DNA of 64,000 nt from an uncultured Acidobacteriota bacterium. Its GTDB lineage: Bacteria > Acidobacteriota > Terriglobia > Acidiferrales > UBA7541. A program made the translations under genes and the position numbers. The stretch is from assembly GCA_963737205.1 (NCBI GenBank), contig CAVTRV010000009.1, positions 3,044-67,043 of the forward strand, read 5' to 3'. The notes beneath the pieces are model-generated. The model saw only the letters and a program-made list of their open reading frames with translations, made no database searches and was not told where the DNA came from. Each line of letters opens with the position of its first letter. Positions within the stretch are counted from its first letter, which is position 1. Shown here in pieces: positions 50,532-60,294 of this stretch.

Positions 50532-51860
50532 TTGAATGCGACCACGCAGGATCGATTCGCTCGACTCGCTGCGCTGAAGCCTGCGAAGCGCCACGTGGCC
50601 GACGTCCCCGAATTGCGCGGCACCGTGCCGGACATTCCCGAAGGGTCGCAGCGGCTCGCGGAGCTGCTTGGCGCGATGCCGAGCAGCAATCGGTTCGGCG
50701 AGCACCTCGCGCTGCGGCGATGGTTCTCGGAATCGATTGGCTGCGAGCCTCCCGAGGGAAACGTGGATGGCGCGGCGCTGAGGCTGCTTGCGCCGGACGC
50801 GCTCGACGAAGTGGCCGACCCGCGGCAATGGCTTTTTCTCGATACGGAGACAACGGGGCTTGCAGGCGGCACGGGAACGTACGCGTTCTTGGTGGGAATC
50901 GCGTGGTGGGACGCGGGCGGCCTGGAAGTGGAGCAATTTTTCATGCGCGACCACAGCGAGGAGCATTCGCTGCTGGTGGCGCTTGCGGAGCGGATGGCGG
51001 AGCGGCGCGTGCTGGTGACGTTCAACGGCAAGTCGTTCGACTGGCCGCTGCTCGAGACGCGTTTTCGAATGACGCGGACGATTCGCACGCCTGCGCCGCG
51101 CGCGCATTTGGACTTTTTGCATCCGGCGCGGAATTTGTGGCGGTTGCGGCTGGGGTCGGTGCGGCTGGCGGAGCTGGAAAGGCACGTGCTCGGTTGGAAT
51201 CGCGGCGTGGATGTGATGTCTGAACTGATTCCGACGATTTATTTCGAATTTCTGCGGGGAGGACCGCCCGAGCCGCTGATCCCGATCTTCCATCACAACC
51301 AAATGGATTTGCGCGGGCTCGCGGGCTTGGCCGCGCACACTCTTTCGCTGCTCGCCGATCCGGAAACGCGCGGCAAGGATGCGCTCGAACTTTTCGGTGT
51401 GTCGCGAATTTGCGAACGCCGCGGAGAAGCCGCGCGCGCGCGGAAGTTTTACTCGCAGTCGATTGCGGCGGAGCTGCCGGAAGAAACCGGCCGCGCGGCG
51501 CGAAAATCGCTGGCGCGGCTCGCGAAGCGCGACGGGGATTTGCCGCTCGCGTGCGAGCTTTGGACCGCGATGCTCGGCAATTCGCGCGAAGGTCTCGATG
51601 CCTACGAACAGCTTGCGATCCACTACGAACGCCGCTCCCGCGAAATCGATCGTGCGGCTGCGCTGGTGCGCGATGCGCTTGCGGAGCTGCGGCGCGCGCA
51701 TCGGCTCGGCGACGTCGCGGCGGATGTTCGCCGGCGTTACCGGACGCGTTTCGAAGCCCGCTTGACGCGGCTCGAGCGGAAGCTCTTACGCGATGTCGAG
51801 AGGAAGGTGGCCAACAAGTCTGCGATGCTTACTTTGGTCGAGCGTCTCGGGGATGAATAG
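50532..51860 (+). CDS. RNase-H-like (DEDD) exonuclease with helical C-terminal region (YprB/MrfB-like)
   Basis: WLFLDTETTGLAGGTGTYAFLVGIAWW...VLVTFNGKSFDWPLLETRF...IFHHNQMDL. TTG start is uncertain. Confidence 0.75.
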   Translation: MNATTQDRFARLAALKPAKRHVADVPELRGTVPDIPEGSQRLAELLGAMPSSNRFGEHLALRRWFSESIGCEPPEGNVDGAALRLLAPDALDEVADPRQWLFLDTETTGLAGGTGTYAFLVGIAWWDAGGLEVEQFFMRDHSEEHSLLVALAERMAERRVLVTFNGKSFDWPLLETRFRMTRTIRTPAPRAHLDFLHPARNLWRLRLGSVRLAELERHVLGWNRGVDVMSELIPTIYFEFLRGGPPEPLIPIFHHNQMDLRGLAGLAAHTLSLLADPETRGKDALELFGVSRICERRGEAARARKFYSQSIAAELPEETGRAARKSLARLAKRDGDLPLACELWTAMLGNSREGLDAYEQLAIHYERRSREIDRAAALVRDALAELRRAHRLGDVAADVRRRYRTRFEARLTRLERKLLRDVERKVANKSAMLTLVERLGDE

Positions 51861-52282
51861 CCTCAATGTCTGGATAACGAGCAAAATCCGCGGTATTGAG
51901 GGTCAGAATGCGCCTGACGCCATGCACTCGCATCGCGGCGGCCAACCGCGTCGTGGACCTGGACTCCTGACACACCACGCGCGACAAGCAAGTTCCGCCA
52001 TTCCTCGTGTACAGCCAGACTGTCGGGGAGGAATCGGAGCTTCTCTTCGAAGAATCTGGCTCGCCGGTCTGCCTCCTGCGGAGAAAGGCCGTACCCATTG
52101 CGGTCGAGAGGGCGAGTACACGCGTTCCAGAATTCGCCGAGGTTTTGCGAGGTGTAGCAGAGCACTTCGTTTTGCCGGAGTACGGCGTCAATTGCGTCGA
52201 CTACGAGACCATAATCGTTGTGGTCAGGCTTGACCCACCGCAGAAGGATATTGCTATCGACGAGGTACAGCGTCCCTGCCAT
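51829..52282 (-). pseudogene. vapC: PIN-domain VapC toxin, one frameshift
   Basis: MAGTLYLVDSNILLRW...GVQVHDA continues in another frame as LAAAMRVHGVRRILTLNTADFARYPDIEAI (ORF 51829..52191). One extra base sits near 51944-51949. Confidence 0.75.
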
Positions 52283-52538
52283 CTATCCGGTCCTCGTAGA
52301 AGCTTTGGCGCGAGAAGCTTTCGGTGGGCAAATCGGGCAGAGCATCCGAGCCCTCTGCCATAGCGTGAAGCATATGGTGAAATTCATCGACGGTCAGCAT
52401 GCCGTTGGGCGCAGAACCGGGCGTCAGAGCCTCGTTGAGAAGCCGCTCCGCCAATTTCTCGAGCGGCACGCCCTGAGCGCGCGCTTCGGCAACGAGGCGC
52501 GCCTCCGTGTCTGGGTCGAGATTAACTCGAATATTCAT
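52254..52538 (-). CDS. VapB-type antitoxin (ribbon-helix-helix-like)
   Basis: MNIRVNLDPDTEARLVAEARAQGVPLEKLAERLL. Directly upstream of, and overlapping, the PIN gene. Confidence 0.65.
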   Translation of the reverse strand: MNIRVNLDPDTEARLVAEARAQGVPLEKLAERLLNEALTPGSAPNGMLTVDEFHHMLHAMAEGSDALPDLPTESFSRQSFYEDRIDGRDAVPRR

Positions 52539-52697
52539 CTGAATGCTCCGCTGCGCACTAGATTAGACGTGTTCCTATCGAAATGCCAGCCACTCCCTCT
52601 CCCAATCGCAGCGGCGACAGGCTTTCGCCGGCAGGTGGCGGAATCGAAATCGCCACCGCTGGAATCGAATTAGGAGACGCTTCCAGGAGCAAATTCC

Positions 52698-53780
52698 ATG
52701 CCGAATTCGGATAGCAGCGCAGCCCAGACCGCGAGAATATCCAAAGCGGGAGACAAAGCCATGGCCGAAGTAACGGAACCTTACTTGCGCGAACAGCTCG
52801 AAAAGCGCCGCGACGAGCTGAAGCAGGCGATCGCCTCGCCGGCGGCCGGCGTTCCACCCGCGGCCTTCCTTCATCTGCTGCAGGAAGTGGACTCGGCGCT
52901 GGAGCGCATGGACGAAGGAACCTTCGGGATTTGCGACGTCTGCCACGACACAATCGAGAAAGACCGGCTGATCTCCGACCCGCTGATTCGCCTTTGCATC
53001 GATCACTTGACGAGCGCGGAGCAGCGGGCGCTCGAAGGCAACCTCGAGCTTGCCTCGCGAATCCAGCGGGGCCTGCTTCCGCAGGCCGACGTGACGTTTC
53101 GCGACTGGCGGATTCAGTATGAGTACAACCCGGCAGGACTTGTGAGCGGAGATTATTGCGACCTGATCTTGCCTTCGGGGGACGACGGCAAGCTGATTTT
53201 TCTGCTGGGCGACGTTGCGGGCAAAGGCGTGGCCGCTTCCCTGCTGATGACGCACCTGCACGCGATGTTTCGCAGCCTTTCGGCCATCGCAATCGACCTC
53301 GATAAGCTGCTCGACGTGGGCAACCGAATATTTTGCGAGAGCACGATCGCGGGGCAGTACGCCACGTTGATTTGCGGACGCGTGGGACGCGATGGCGAAC
53401 TCGAAATTACGAGCGCCGGCCATTTGCCCGCGCTTCACGTGGGAAAGGACGGCGTGGAGAAAATCGACTCGCCGGGGCTGCCGCTGGGCATGTTTTCCAG
53501 TAGCCGCTACAAGGTGCAGCGCATGCGGCTCGAGCCGGGAGATAGCTTGCTACTTTTCACCGACGGAATTTCCGAAGCGCGCAATACAACGGGAACGGAG
53601 TATGGCGTGGAGAGGCTCTCCATCATCGCGGGCGAACAGCACGGCATCGTGCCGCTCGAGCTGCTGGCGGCTTGCCTCAAGGATGTGCAGGGCTTTTCAT
53701 CGGGAACGCGCCAAGCGGACGATCAGACGCTGATGGCGATTCACCGCACGGATTCAGCAGGGGTGTCTTTGGGGGAATAG
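52698..53780 (+). CDS. TraR/DksA-type zinc-finger fused to PP2C/SpoIIE phosphatase
   Basis: Coiled N-terminus, then CDVCHDTIEKDRLISDPLIRLCIDH (CxxC-x17-CxxH). Then RIQRGLLP...SGDYCD...LLGDVAGKGVAASLLM...LLLFTDGISEA...QADDQTLMAI (PP2C). Confidence 0.8.
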   Translation: MPNSDSSAAQTARISKAGDKAMAEVTEPYLREQLEKRRDELKQAIASPAAGVPPAAFLHLLQEVDSALERMDEGTFGICDVCHDTIEKDRLISDPLIRLCIDHLTSAEQRALEGNLELASRIQRGLLPQADVTFRDWRIQYEYNPAGLVSGDYCDLILPSGDDGKLIFLLGDVAGKGVAASLLMTHLHAMFRSLSAIAIDLDKLLDVGNRIFCESTIAGQYATLICGRVGRDGELEITSAGHLPALHVGKDGVEKIDSPGLPLGMFSSSRYKVQRMRLEPGDSLLLFTDGISEARNTTGTEYGVERLSIIAGEQHGIVPLELLAACLKDVQGFSSGTRQADDQTLMAIHRTDSAGVSLGE

Positions 53781-53812
53781 ACAGCGCTGCCCGGCATCCT
53801 CAACTGTGAAAA

Positions 53813-53865
53813 AGCAAAAAGCAGATCCCTCACCCCGCACAAGCCGCGGGGATTCGGGATGACAA
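53813..53865. repeat. hairpin repeat GCAAAAAGCAGATCCC...GGGATGACA, copy 3
   Basis: ATCCC/GGGAT arms with inner CCCCGC/GCGGGG stem. Confidence 0.65.
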
Positions 53866-53888
53866 GCTGGCCCGGGTTTCACGATGCG

Positions 53889-55334
53889 CTAGCGCGCCGG
53901 CACACTGGCCGTTTCGCGACGATCGTGGCTGGTTTCCACTCGGGTGTTTTGCATCGCGGCAGGAGCGGGAGCCGGCGCCAGGGGCCAGCCGATCGCCCGC
54001 GTAATCTTGTCGTAGACTTCGCGCGTGGTGCCTTCCACCGCCAGGCAGTCGTTTCCAACGCAGCGAAGGAATACTCCGCCGTCGGGCGTCGTGAACTGGA
54101 AGTAATTTGGGCGGCGGAAAAGATCCTTCCGCTCTTTGTACTTCAGCTCCAGCGCCTCGCTGTATTGTCCGCAGAAACGCGCGGCATTTTCGTCTTTATC
54201 AAAGGCGAGGCGATAAACGAGAATCGTATTTTTCGTTTTCTGATCCTCGAAGACCGCGTAGCGATCTCCCGCCCATGCGGGCGAGAGCAAGTCCGCGCGC
54301 TGCTGCCCCAGAAATTGCTTCAGCACTTCCTCGAGGCCGAATTCGCCCATCACGTTTTCCTCGAGCAGCTTCCAATCGCTCGGCGCAACAGCCTTCCAAT
54401 CCGGCAGCGAAACAGCCACGGGCTTCACTCCCTTGAGGTACAAATCGGGATGCAGGATTTGCTGCGTCGAGACGGGCGGATTCTCGAAGAGCAGCTTGAT
54501 GTCTCCCCACCCTGTATGCGCCTTCAAGAACTGCTGCGAAAAGGAGGTGCCCGCGAGATACGGGAACAGCAATTCGTCGCGAATGTAGATGGGAGCGTGC
54601 GAGAGCTTCGGGTCTTTGTCCATTTCGGCCATGGCGCCGGAACGGATGAGCACGGTGACGTCGGGAACGTCGCGGACGCTCATTTTTTCGTCGCGCAACG
54701 TGTAATCCACCATCGCGGCCACGGCGGAGCCTTCGCTCACCGAATCGCGCGCGAGTTCGGCGTCGTCGTTCGGGCGCGCGGCCTTGATCCACGGATCGAT
54801 GTGAAAGGATTGGTCCTCGAGGGCGTGCGTGAGTTCGTGGGCCATCACGGGGCGCTGTTCGTCGGCGGGAATCCAATCGGCGATGTAAAACTCTTCTGCC
54901 TTCGGGTCGTACAGGCCCGCCACCTGATCGGTGAGAACGTCGAGCATGAAAGAATCGAGCGGAAAACCTTTCGGAATCAGGCCAAAAGCTTCCAGGGCTT
55001 TGTCGTCCGCGTAGCGTTGGGCTTCGTCTTTGTCCTCTTTCTCCTCGCGGATCAGATAGTCGCGAATTTCCTGCTTCGAGCGGAGACTTTTCTTGAGCGG
55101 TTCCTTCACGGGAAGACTCAGGATTTCGCTCATTTGGCCGAGGACTTCATCCGCAGCCTCGGCGAAGTCGGTTTTCGCCGACGGCGGTTGCGCGGAAGAT
55201 CCTGCCGGCGAAGCAGGAACGGGCTTCGGCGGAGGTGTGGCCTGCTGCGCGGCAACGCCCGCAATAAGGATAAGAATCAGCAGAGGGGCGGACAGTATCT
55301 TCACTCCCCACCGCTTAACGTCCAGCCATTTCAT
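53889..55334 (-). CDS. secreted putative zinc metallopeptidase (HExxH)
   Basis: Signal/TM segment ILSAPLLILILIAGVAA. VMAHELTHALED is an HExxH motif, with a downstream SEGSA that could supply a third ligand. Family not identified. Confidence 0.6.
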   Translation of the reverse strand: MKWLDVKRWGVKILSAPLLILILIAGVAAQQATPPPKPVPASPAGSSAQPPSAKTDFAEAADEVLGQMSEILSLPVKEPLKKSLRSKQEIRDYLIREEKEDKDEAQRYADDKALEAFGLIPKGFPLDSFMLDVLTDQVAGLYDPKAEEFYIADWIPADEQRPVMAHELTHALEDQSFHIDPWIKAARPNDDAELARDSVSEGSAVAAMVDYTLRDEKMSVRDVPDVTVLIRSGAMAEMDKDPKLSHAPIYIRDELLFPYLAGTSFSQQFLKAHTGWGDIKLLFENPPVSTQQILHPDLYLKGVKPVAVSLPDWKAVAPSDWKLLEENVMGEFGLEEVLKQFLGQQRADLLSPAWAGDRYAVFEDQKTKNTILVYRLAFDKDENAARFCGQYSEALELKYKERKDLFRRPNYFQFTTPDGGVFLRCVGNDCLAVEGTTREVYDKITRAIGWPLAPAPAPAAMQNTRVETSHDRRETASVPAR

Positions 55335-55451
55335 GAACTGCCTCCCCGCTCACACATACATCAGACGACGTAACTTTGATGATGTTAGTAGGATAACAGG
55401 TTTGACGCAGCCAGCAGCGGCGGCCAGGGAGTTCCGACGCGGAGGCGTGGT

Positions 55452-58400
55452 CTAGCGCTTGAGGGCGCCGTGGACTTCGATGGCGAGCACGCTCTGGACT
55501 TGCTTCCAGAAGGCTTCGATCTCGAAGGGCTTGCGCACGACGGGGCAGCCGGATTGCCCGAGTGCTTCGCTAAGCTCGGGATCAGGGGCGTTCCAAACCG
55601 TGAAGATGATCCGGCGTGCCAGCTCGGGGCGATTTCGCTCGATCCAGGCGCAGAGGTCCGCGACGGAAACTTCGCCGGGCGTTCGAATGTCGATGACGGT
55701 GGCGTCGATGGTGTCGCGCTTCAATATGTTGATTGCTTCGCCAGGGCTTTTGGCCATTTTTACCGAGATGCCCCGCGCGACCAGGATTTCCTGCTCGAGC
55801 TGAAGGACGGCGTCATCGTCGTCCACCAGGAGGATTTTCCCCGACGCAGCGGCGCGCCGGGAACGCGGCGACTTTTCCGGTTTCTGCTCGGACGCAAACG
55901 GGGCCAGCGGAAGCGTGATGGAAAACACCGCGCCTCCCTGTTCCGCGTTGCGAACCTGAATTTCTCCGCCGTGTTCCTTGACGATGCCGTAGCAGATGCT
56001 CAAGCCGAGTCCGGTTCCCTTGCCGACGGCCTTGGTGGTGTAAAACGGGTCGAAGACGCGATGAGGATTTTGAACTCCGGGGCCATTGTCGGCGAATTCG
56101 ATCACCAGCTTGTCGCCGATGACCAGCGTGCGCAGCCAGATTTCGCCCTTGCCGTGCTTTTCGGCCACGGCGTCCACGGCGTTGTTCAGAATGTTGAGGA
56201 AGACCTGTTGGAGCTGATTGCCGTCGCCGCCGATCGAAGGCAGGTTCGGATCGAGTTCGCGATGAATCTGGATACTGTGGAGCTTCATATCGTATTCGCG
56301 AAGGGAAAGCGTGTCTTCCAGAATCTGGTTGATCTGAATGGGCGCGCGCTCCGGCTTGTGCTGGCGCGCGAAGCTGAGCAGATTTTGAACGATGTGATGC
56401 GTGCGCTGAGCCTGCTTGTAAAGCTTCTCGAGATAGTCGGAGCTTCGGGCGTTCGCGGATTCCTCGGATTTCAGGAGCTGGCTGTAACCGAGAATGGCCG
56501 TGAGCGGATTGTTGAGTTCGTGGGCGACGCCTGAGATGAGTTGGCCGACGGCGGCCATTTTTTCGCTTTGCAGCAACTGCTCCTGCGTGTGGCGGAGCGT
56601 ATCGTAGGCTTCGCGCGTTTCTTCCAGGAGGCGCGATTTGTCGATCGTCGTGGCAATCTGATTTCCCACGGCTGCCAGCAGGTTCAGCTCGGCGGCGGAG
56701 AATTCGCGCATTTCGCGGCACGCGATCACCAGCGTGCCGATGATGCGGTCCTTGGCCCACAGGACCACAATCTGCGACGCCAGGACGCCTTCTTTTCTCT
56801 GCAACTCGCGAAACTCCTCCGGCAGCGCCAACGCGGCGCCAGATAGCAGCGTGGCCCGGGCTTGTCGAACCTGCTGCAGAAGAGAAGCGGAAATCTGGAC
56901 GGGAGCCAAGCGGCGCGCGTATTCGGAGCGGTGTCCGAAATTCGCGGCGAGCTTCAAGGTTCGCGAGGCCTCGTCGAGGAAATACACGGTGACGCTATCC
57001 GCGGCAAAAAGCTCCGCGATCTTGGCCAGCGCGCGCGTGAGGACGTCCTCAAGCGTAGATGACTGGCTCAGGAGTTCCGCAATGACGTTGAGCGCGAGCA
57101 ATTCGCGATTGCGCCGGCGGATTTCGAATTCTGCCTGCTTGCGTTCGGTCACATCGAGCACGAAGCCCTGGTAGGCGACGATCGCGGCGGAGTCGTCGCG
57201 CGTGACGAAGCTGGATTCGTGCGCGGTGCGGATTTCTCCGTCGCGCCGGCGGAAGCGAAACTCGAAGTCGGTGACTTCGCCGTATTCGTGCAGAAGCCGC
57301 TTCAGGCGCTGACGGTCGGCCGAATCGATGTAAATCTCGCCGGGGATATCGATCTTGAGCAATTCCTCGCGATTTTCGTAGCCGAGCATGCGCATGAACG
57401 CATCGTTGAAATCGACGAACTTCCCGTCGGGCGTCGACATGAAGATGCCTTCCTGAACCTTCTCGAACAGGGCGCGGAACTTGCTTTCGGCCTCGCGGCG
57501 TTCGGTGAAATCTTTCAGAACGTGGACGGTGCCGAGACAATTTCCTTCGGAATCGTGGAAATTCGAGTTCGTAACCAAGAAGTGCCCGCCGAAGCTGGGA
57601 TCCACCTGCTCCGGCTTGCCGGCGGCTCCCTCGCAGTAGGGGCAGGCGCTCCAGCGAATTTCGCCATGCTTCAGCAACTCGCGCAGCAGGTGGCCCTGGA
57701 CCAGATCGGGCTCGAGGCCAAGATGCCAGGCGAGCGAGCGGTTCGCGCGGAGAATGCGGCCATTCGGAGAATGAACGAGAATCAGGTCGTCGATCGAATT
57801 GAAGGTATCCAGCCATTGGCGGCGAGCCGTTGCCGCAGATTCGATCAGCGCGACATTCTGCACCGTCAACCCGAGCAGGTTGCCGACGTTTGTGAGGAAG
57901 TCGATTTCGTCGCGCTCAAAGGTCCGCGCCGCCGAAGAAGCGATGCAAAGAAGTCCCAGGGGCTTTTCCTTGCCGGGGATGCGCACCACAACCGCGGCGG
58001 ATAATCTCTCTTTGTCGAGCCAGGCGGGTGGCTTGGCTTCCGAAGAGCGCTCGTAGGAAACGAATGGCGCGTTCCCTTCGAGGGCGTCTCGAGCCCATGG
58101 TTCCGTTTTCGCAATTCGCGCATATTGCCTCGCGGCTCGCTCGTCGAAGCCCACGGATGCGCGGAGCACCAGCAAGGCCAGGTCGCCATCGCTGTCGAGA
58201 AGGAAGACGAGGCCATGGCTCGCGTTCAAACTAGCCACGAGATTGCGCAGAACGCCATCGAGAGTCTGATGGACGCGCAGCGACTGCGTGGCCTCGGCCG
58301 TGATCATCGCCAGACTGCGCAATTTCTCGTTCAGGTCCTCCATTCGAGCGCGGCCGGACTCCAGGACCAGGACCGCCATGGAAATTCCCATCGTGATACC

Positions 58401-58964
58401 GAACAGGTCCTCCAGTGAAATGCGGAAGAGGGCCAGAGCCTGAAAGCTCCAGTCCGGGCTGTCGAGGCCGTGAAGACCGTAGAGAAGAAGCGAGCCGGCG
58501 AGAAGCTTCCACCCAACTCCGCGATGCCGGAGTTGGGAACGCCAGAGGATCAGGCCTGCCACGATGAACAGCACGGATTCGAGGATCGACTCCGCCCAAA
58601 TCGCCATTTCGGAGGATCTCTTGTCGAGCAGGAACACGGTGATGACAGCGATCAGCGCAAACGGCCACAGATACTTCAATCTTCGGCCGAGGCCGCTGCA
58701 CTCCAGGATCGCGGTGAAGAAGACGGCGGCTGTGACCAGGGATACCCCGGAACGGAACAGTTGAACGTCCGGCCCTCCATTCCACAAATGGGAAATCCGC
58801 AGGGCCGCGGCGAAGACGTACAGAGTCCAGCCGGCCAGCCAGTAGCGGAAGAAACGCGCCGGAAACCCCGGAGCCAGAAGGACATAGAGGACGAGCAGGA
58901 TGAACGCGGCAGAGCACTCAATGAATGCCGCCGCCAGAAAACCCGGGTTGGAAACAAAAGCCAT
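55452..58964 (-). CDS. multidomain hybrid sensor histidine kinase (TM region-GAF-PAS-PAS-GAF-HisKA-HATPase-REC)
   Basis: Six to seven N-terminal TM segments. H-box ISGVAHELNNPLTAILGY. ATPase FADNGPGV...GKGTGLGLSICYGIV. C-terminal REC KILLVDDDDAVL...VIDIRTPGE. Confidence 0.85.
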   Translation of the reverse strand: MAFVSNPGFLAAAFIECSAAFILLVLYVLLAPGFPARFFRYWLAGWTLYVFAAALRISHLWNGGPDVQLFRSGVSLVTAAVFFTAILECSGLGRRLKYLWPFALIAVITVFLLDKRSSEMAIWAESILESVLFIVAGLILWRSQLRHRGVGWKLLAGSLLLYGLHGLDSPDWSFQALALFRISLEDLFGITMGISMAVLVLESGRARMEDLNEKLRSLAMITAEATQSLRVHQTLDGVLRNLVASLNASHGLVFLLDSDGDLALLVLRASVGFDERAARQYARIAKTEPWARDALEGNAPFVSYERSSEAKPPAWLDKERLSAAVVVRIPGKEKPLGLLCIASSAARTFERDEIDFLTNVGNLLGLTVQNVALIESAATARRQWLDTFNSIDDLILVHSPNGRILRANRSLAWHLGLEPDLVQGHLLRELLKHGEIRWSACPYCEGAAGKPEQVDPSFGGHFLVTNSNFHDSEGNCLGTVHVLKDFTERREAESKFRALFEKVQEGIFMSTPDGKFVDFNDAFMRMLGYENREELLKIDIPGEIYIDSADRQRLKRLLHEYGEVTDFEFRFRRRDGEIRTAHESSFVTRDDSAAIVAYQGFVLDVTERKQAEFEIRRRNRELLALNVIAELLSQSSTLEDVLTRALAKIAELFAADSVTVYFLDEASRTLKLAANFGHRSEYARRLAPVQISASLLQQVRQARATLLSGAALALPEEFRELQRKEGVLASQIVVLWAKDRIIGTLVIACREMREFSAAELNLLAAVGNQIATTIDKSRLLEETREAYDTLRHTQEQLLQSEKMAAVGQLISGVAHELNNPLTAILGYSQLLKSEESANARSSDYLEKLYKQAQRTHHIVQNLLSFARQHKPERAPIQINQILEDTLSLREYDMKLHSIQIHRELDPNLPSIGGDGNQLQQVFLNILNNAVDAVAEKHGKGEIWLRTLVIGDKLVIEFADNGPGVQNPHRVFDPFYTTKAVGKGTGLGLSICYGIVKEHGGEIQVRNAEQGGAVFSITLPLAPFASEQKPEKSPRSRRAAASGKILLVDDDDAVLQLEQEILVARGISVKMAKSPGEAINILKRDTIDATVIDIRTPGEVSVADLCAWIERNRPELARRIIFTVWNAPDPELSEALGQSGCPVVRKPFEIEAFWKQVQSVLAIEVHGALKR

Positions 58965-59100
58965 GGGACGCCGGGAACTGCCTGTTTACCAAAACGTTAT
59001 GGAGAGTTTCAGGGAGCCTGTTCGAAAACAAAATTAGCACGCGCTTGTAACTTAGGGCAACACGCCCCTCAGGACCCTGTGCCCTGCCTTATAATGATGT

Positions 59101-60198
59101 TTGGGGACGGAGCGACCTTTGGACAAAGAGAAGATACTGGTTGTAGACGACGAAGAAGCGATTCGAGAGGTAGTCTCAACGCTTCTCGAGGCGCAGGGTT
59201 ATCAGACCTGTGTGTGCTCAAACGGTCGTATCGGTCTCGAGAGTTTCTGCAACGACACGTTCGATCTGGTCCTGAGCGACATCGTCATGCCGGAAATGGA
59301 CGGCCTGAAGCTGCTCGGGGAACTGCGCATTCAGGATCCCGACGTCCCTGTGATCATGGTCACAGCCATGCATGACATTTCGATCGCTCTGGAGGCGATC
59401 CGCTCCGGCGCCTACGACTATATCCTGAAGCCTTTCGAGAAGGACCAGCTGCACTTGAGCGTCCGGCGCGCCCTGGAGCATCGCCGGCTTGTGCTCGAGA
59501 ACCGCACGTATCAAAGCGACCTCGAACATCTGGTGGCGGAACGCACGCAACAGCTCTCGATTGCCCTCCAGGACCTCGAGCAATCCTACGACTACACACT
59601 CGAAGCGCTGGGCGGCGCGCTCGACGCGAAAGACGCGGAGACGGAAGGCCACTGCCAGCGCGTGACGGCGTTCACGATTACGATTGCGCGCGCGATGGGA
59701 GTCGACAAAGGCTTGCTGCGCCACATTGCTCGCGGCGCTTTTCTCCACGATATTGGCAAGATGGGAGTCCCGGACAGCATACTCACCAAGCCGGGACCGC
59801 TGACGCCCGACGAGCGCGAGATCATGCGGAAGCACTGCCAAATCGGTTTCTCCGTGCTCGAGCGGATTCCGTTTCTCAAGGAAGCAGCCGAAATCGTGCT
59901 GTCGCACCAGGAATGCTACGACGGGTCGGGCTATCCGCGCGGCCTGAAGGGCGAACAAATTCCGCTGGGTGCCAGAATTTTCGCGGTCGCAGACACGCTC
60001 GATGCCATGATTTCCGACCGTCCGTACCGCAAAGCGCTTCCCATCTCGGCCGCGCGCGAGGAAATTCAGCGTTACTCCGGGCGGCAGTTCGATCCGCGCG
60101 TGGTGCAAGTCTTCATGTCGCAGCCAGACCGCGTGTGGCTGGATCTGCACGAGAGAATCGGCGATCCCTTCCGCCTCGCTCAACTCGAACACGTTTAG
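59101..60198 (+). CDS. response regulator with HD-GYP output domain (c-di-GMP phosphodiesterase type)
   Basis: KILVVDDEEAIRE...DLVLSDIVMPEMDG (REC). HCQRV...FLHDIGKMGVPDSIL...HQECYDGSGYPRGL (HD-GYP). Confidence 0.85.
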   Translation: MGTERPLDKEKILVVDDEEAIREVVSTLLEAQGYQTCVCSNGRIGLESFCNDTFDLVLSDIVMPEMDGLKLLGELRIQDPDVPVIMVTAMHDISIALEAIRSGAYDYILKPFEKDQLHLSVRRALEHRRLVLENRTYQSDLEHLVAERTQQLSIALQDLEQSYDYTLEALGGALDAKDAETEGHCQRVTAFTITIARAMGVDKGLLRHIARGAFLHDIGKMGVPDSILTKPGPLTPDEREIMRKHCQIGFSVLERIPFLKEAAEIVLSHQECYDGSGYPRGLKGEQIPLGARIFAVADTLDAMISDRPYRKALPISAAREEIQRYSGRQFDPRVVQVFMSQPDRVWLDLHERIGDPFRLAQLEHV

Positions 60199-60294
60199 CC
60201 CGGCCTGAAAGCATCCAACCGGCAAGCAGCGGAAAGCGTGCAGTCTTGCCTGGCTCGCGGAACGCAGGTAGTATGCCCACTCGGAGGGCGACGA

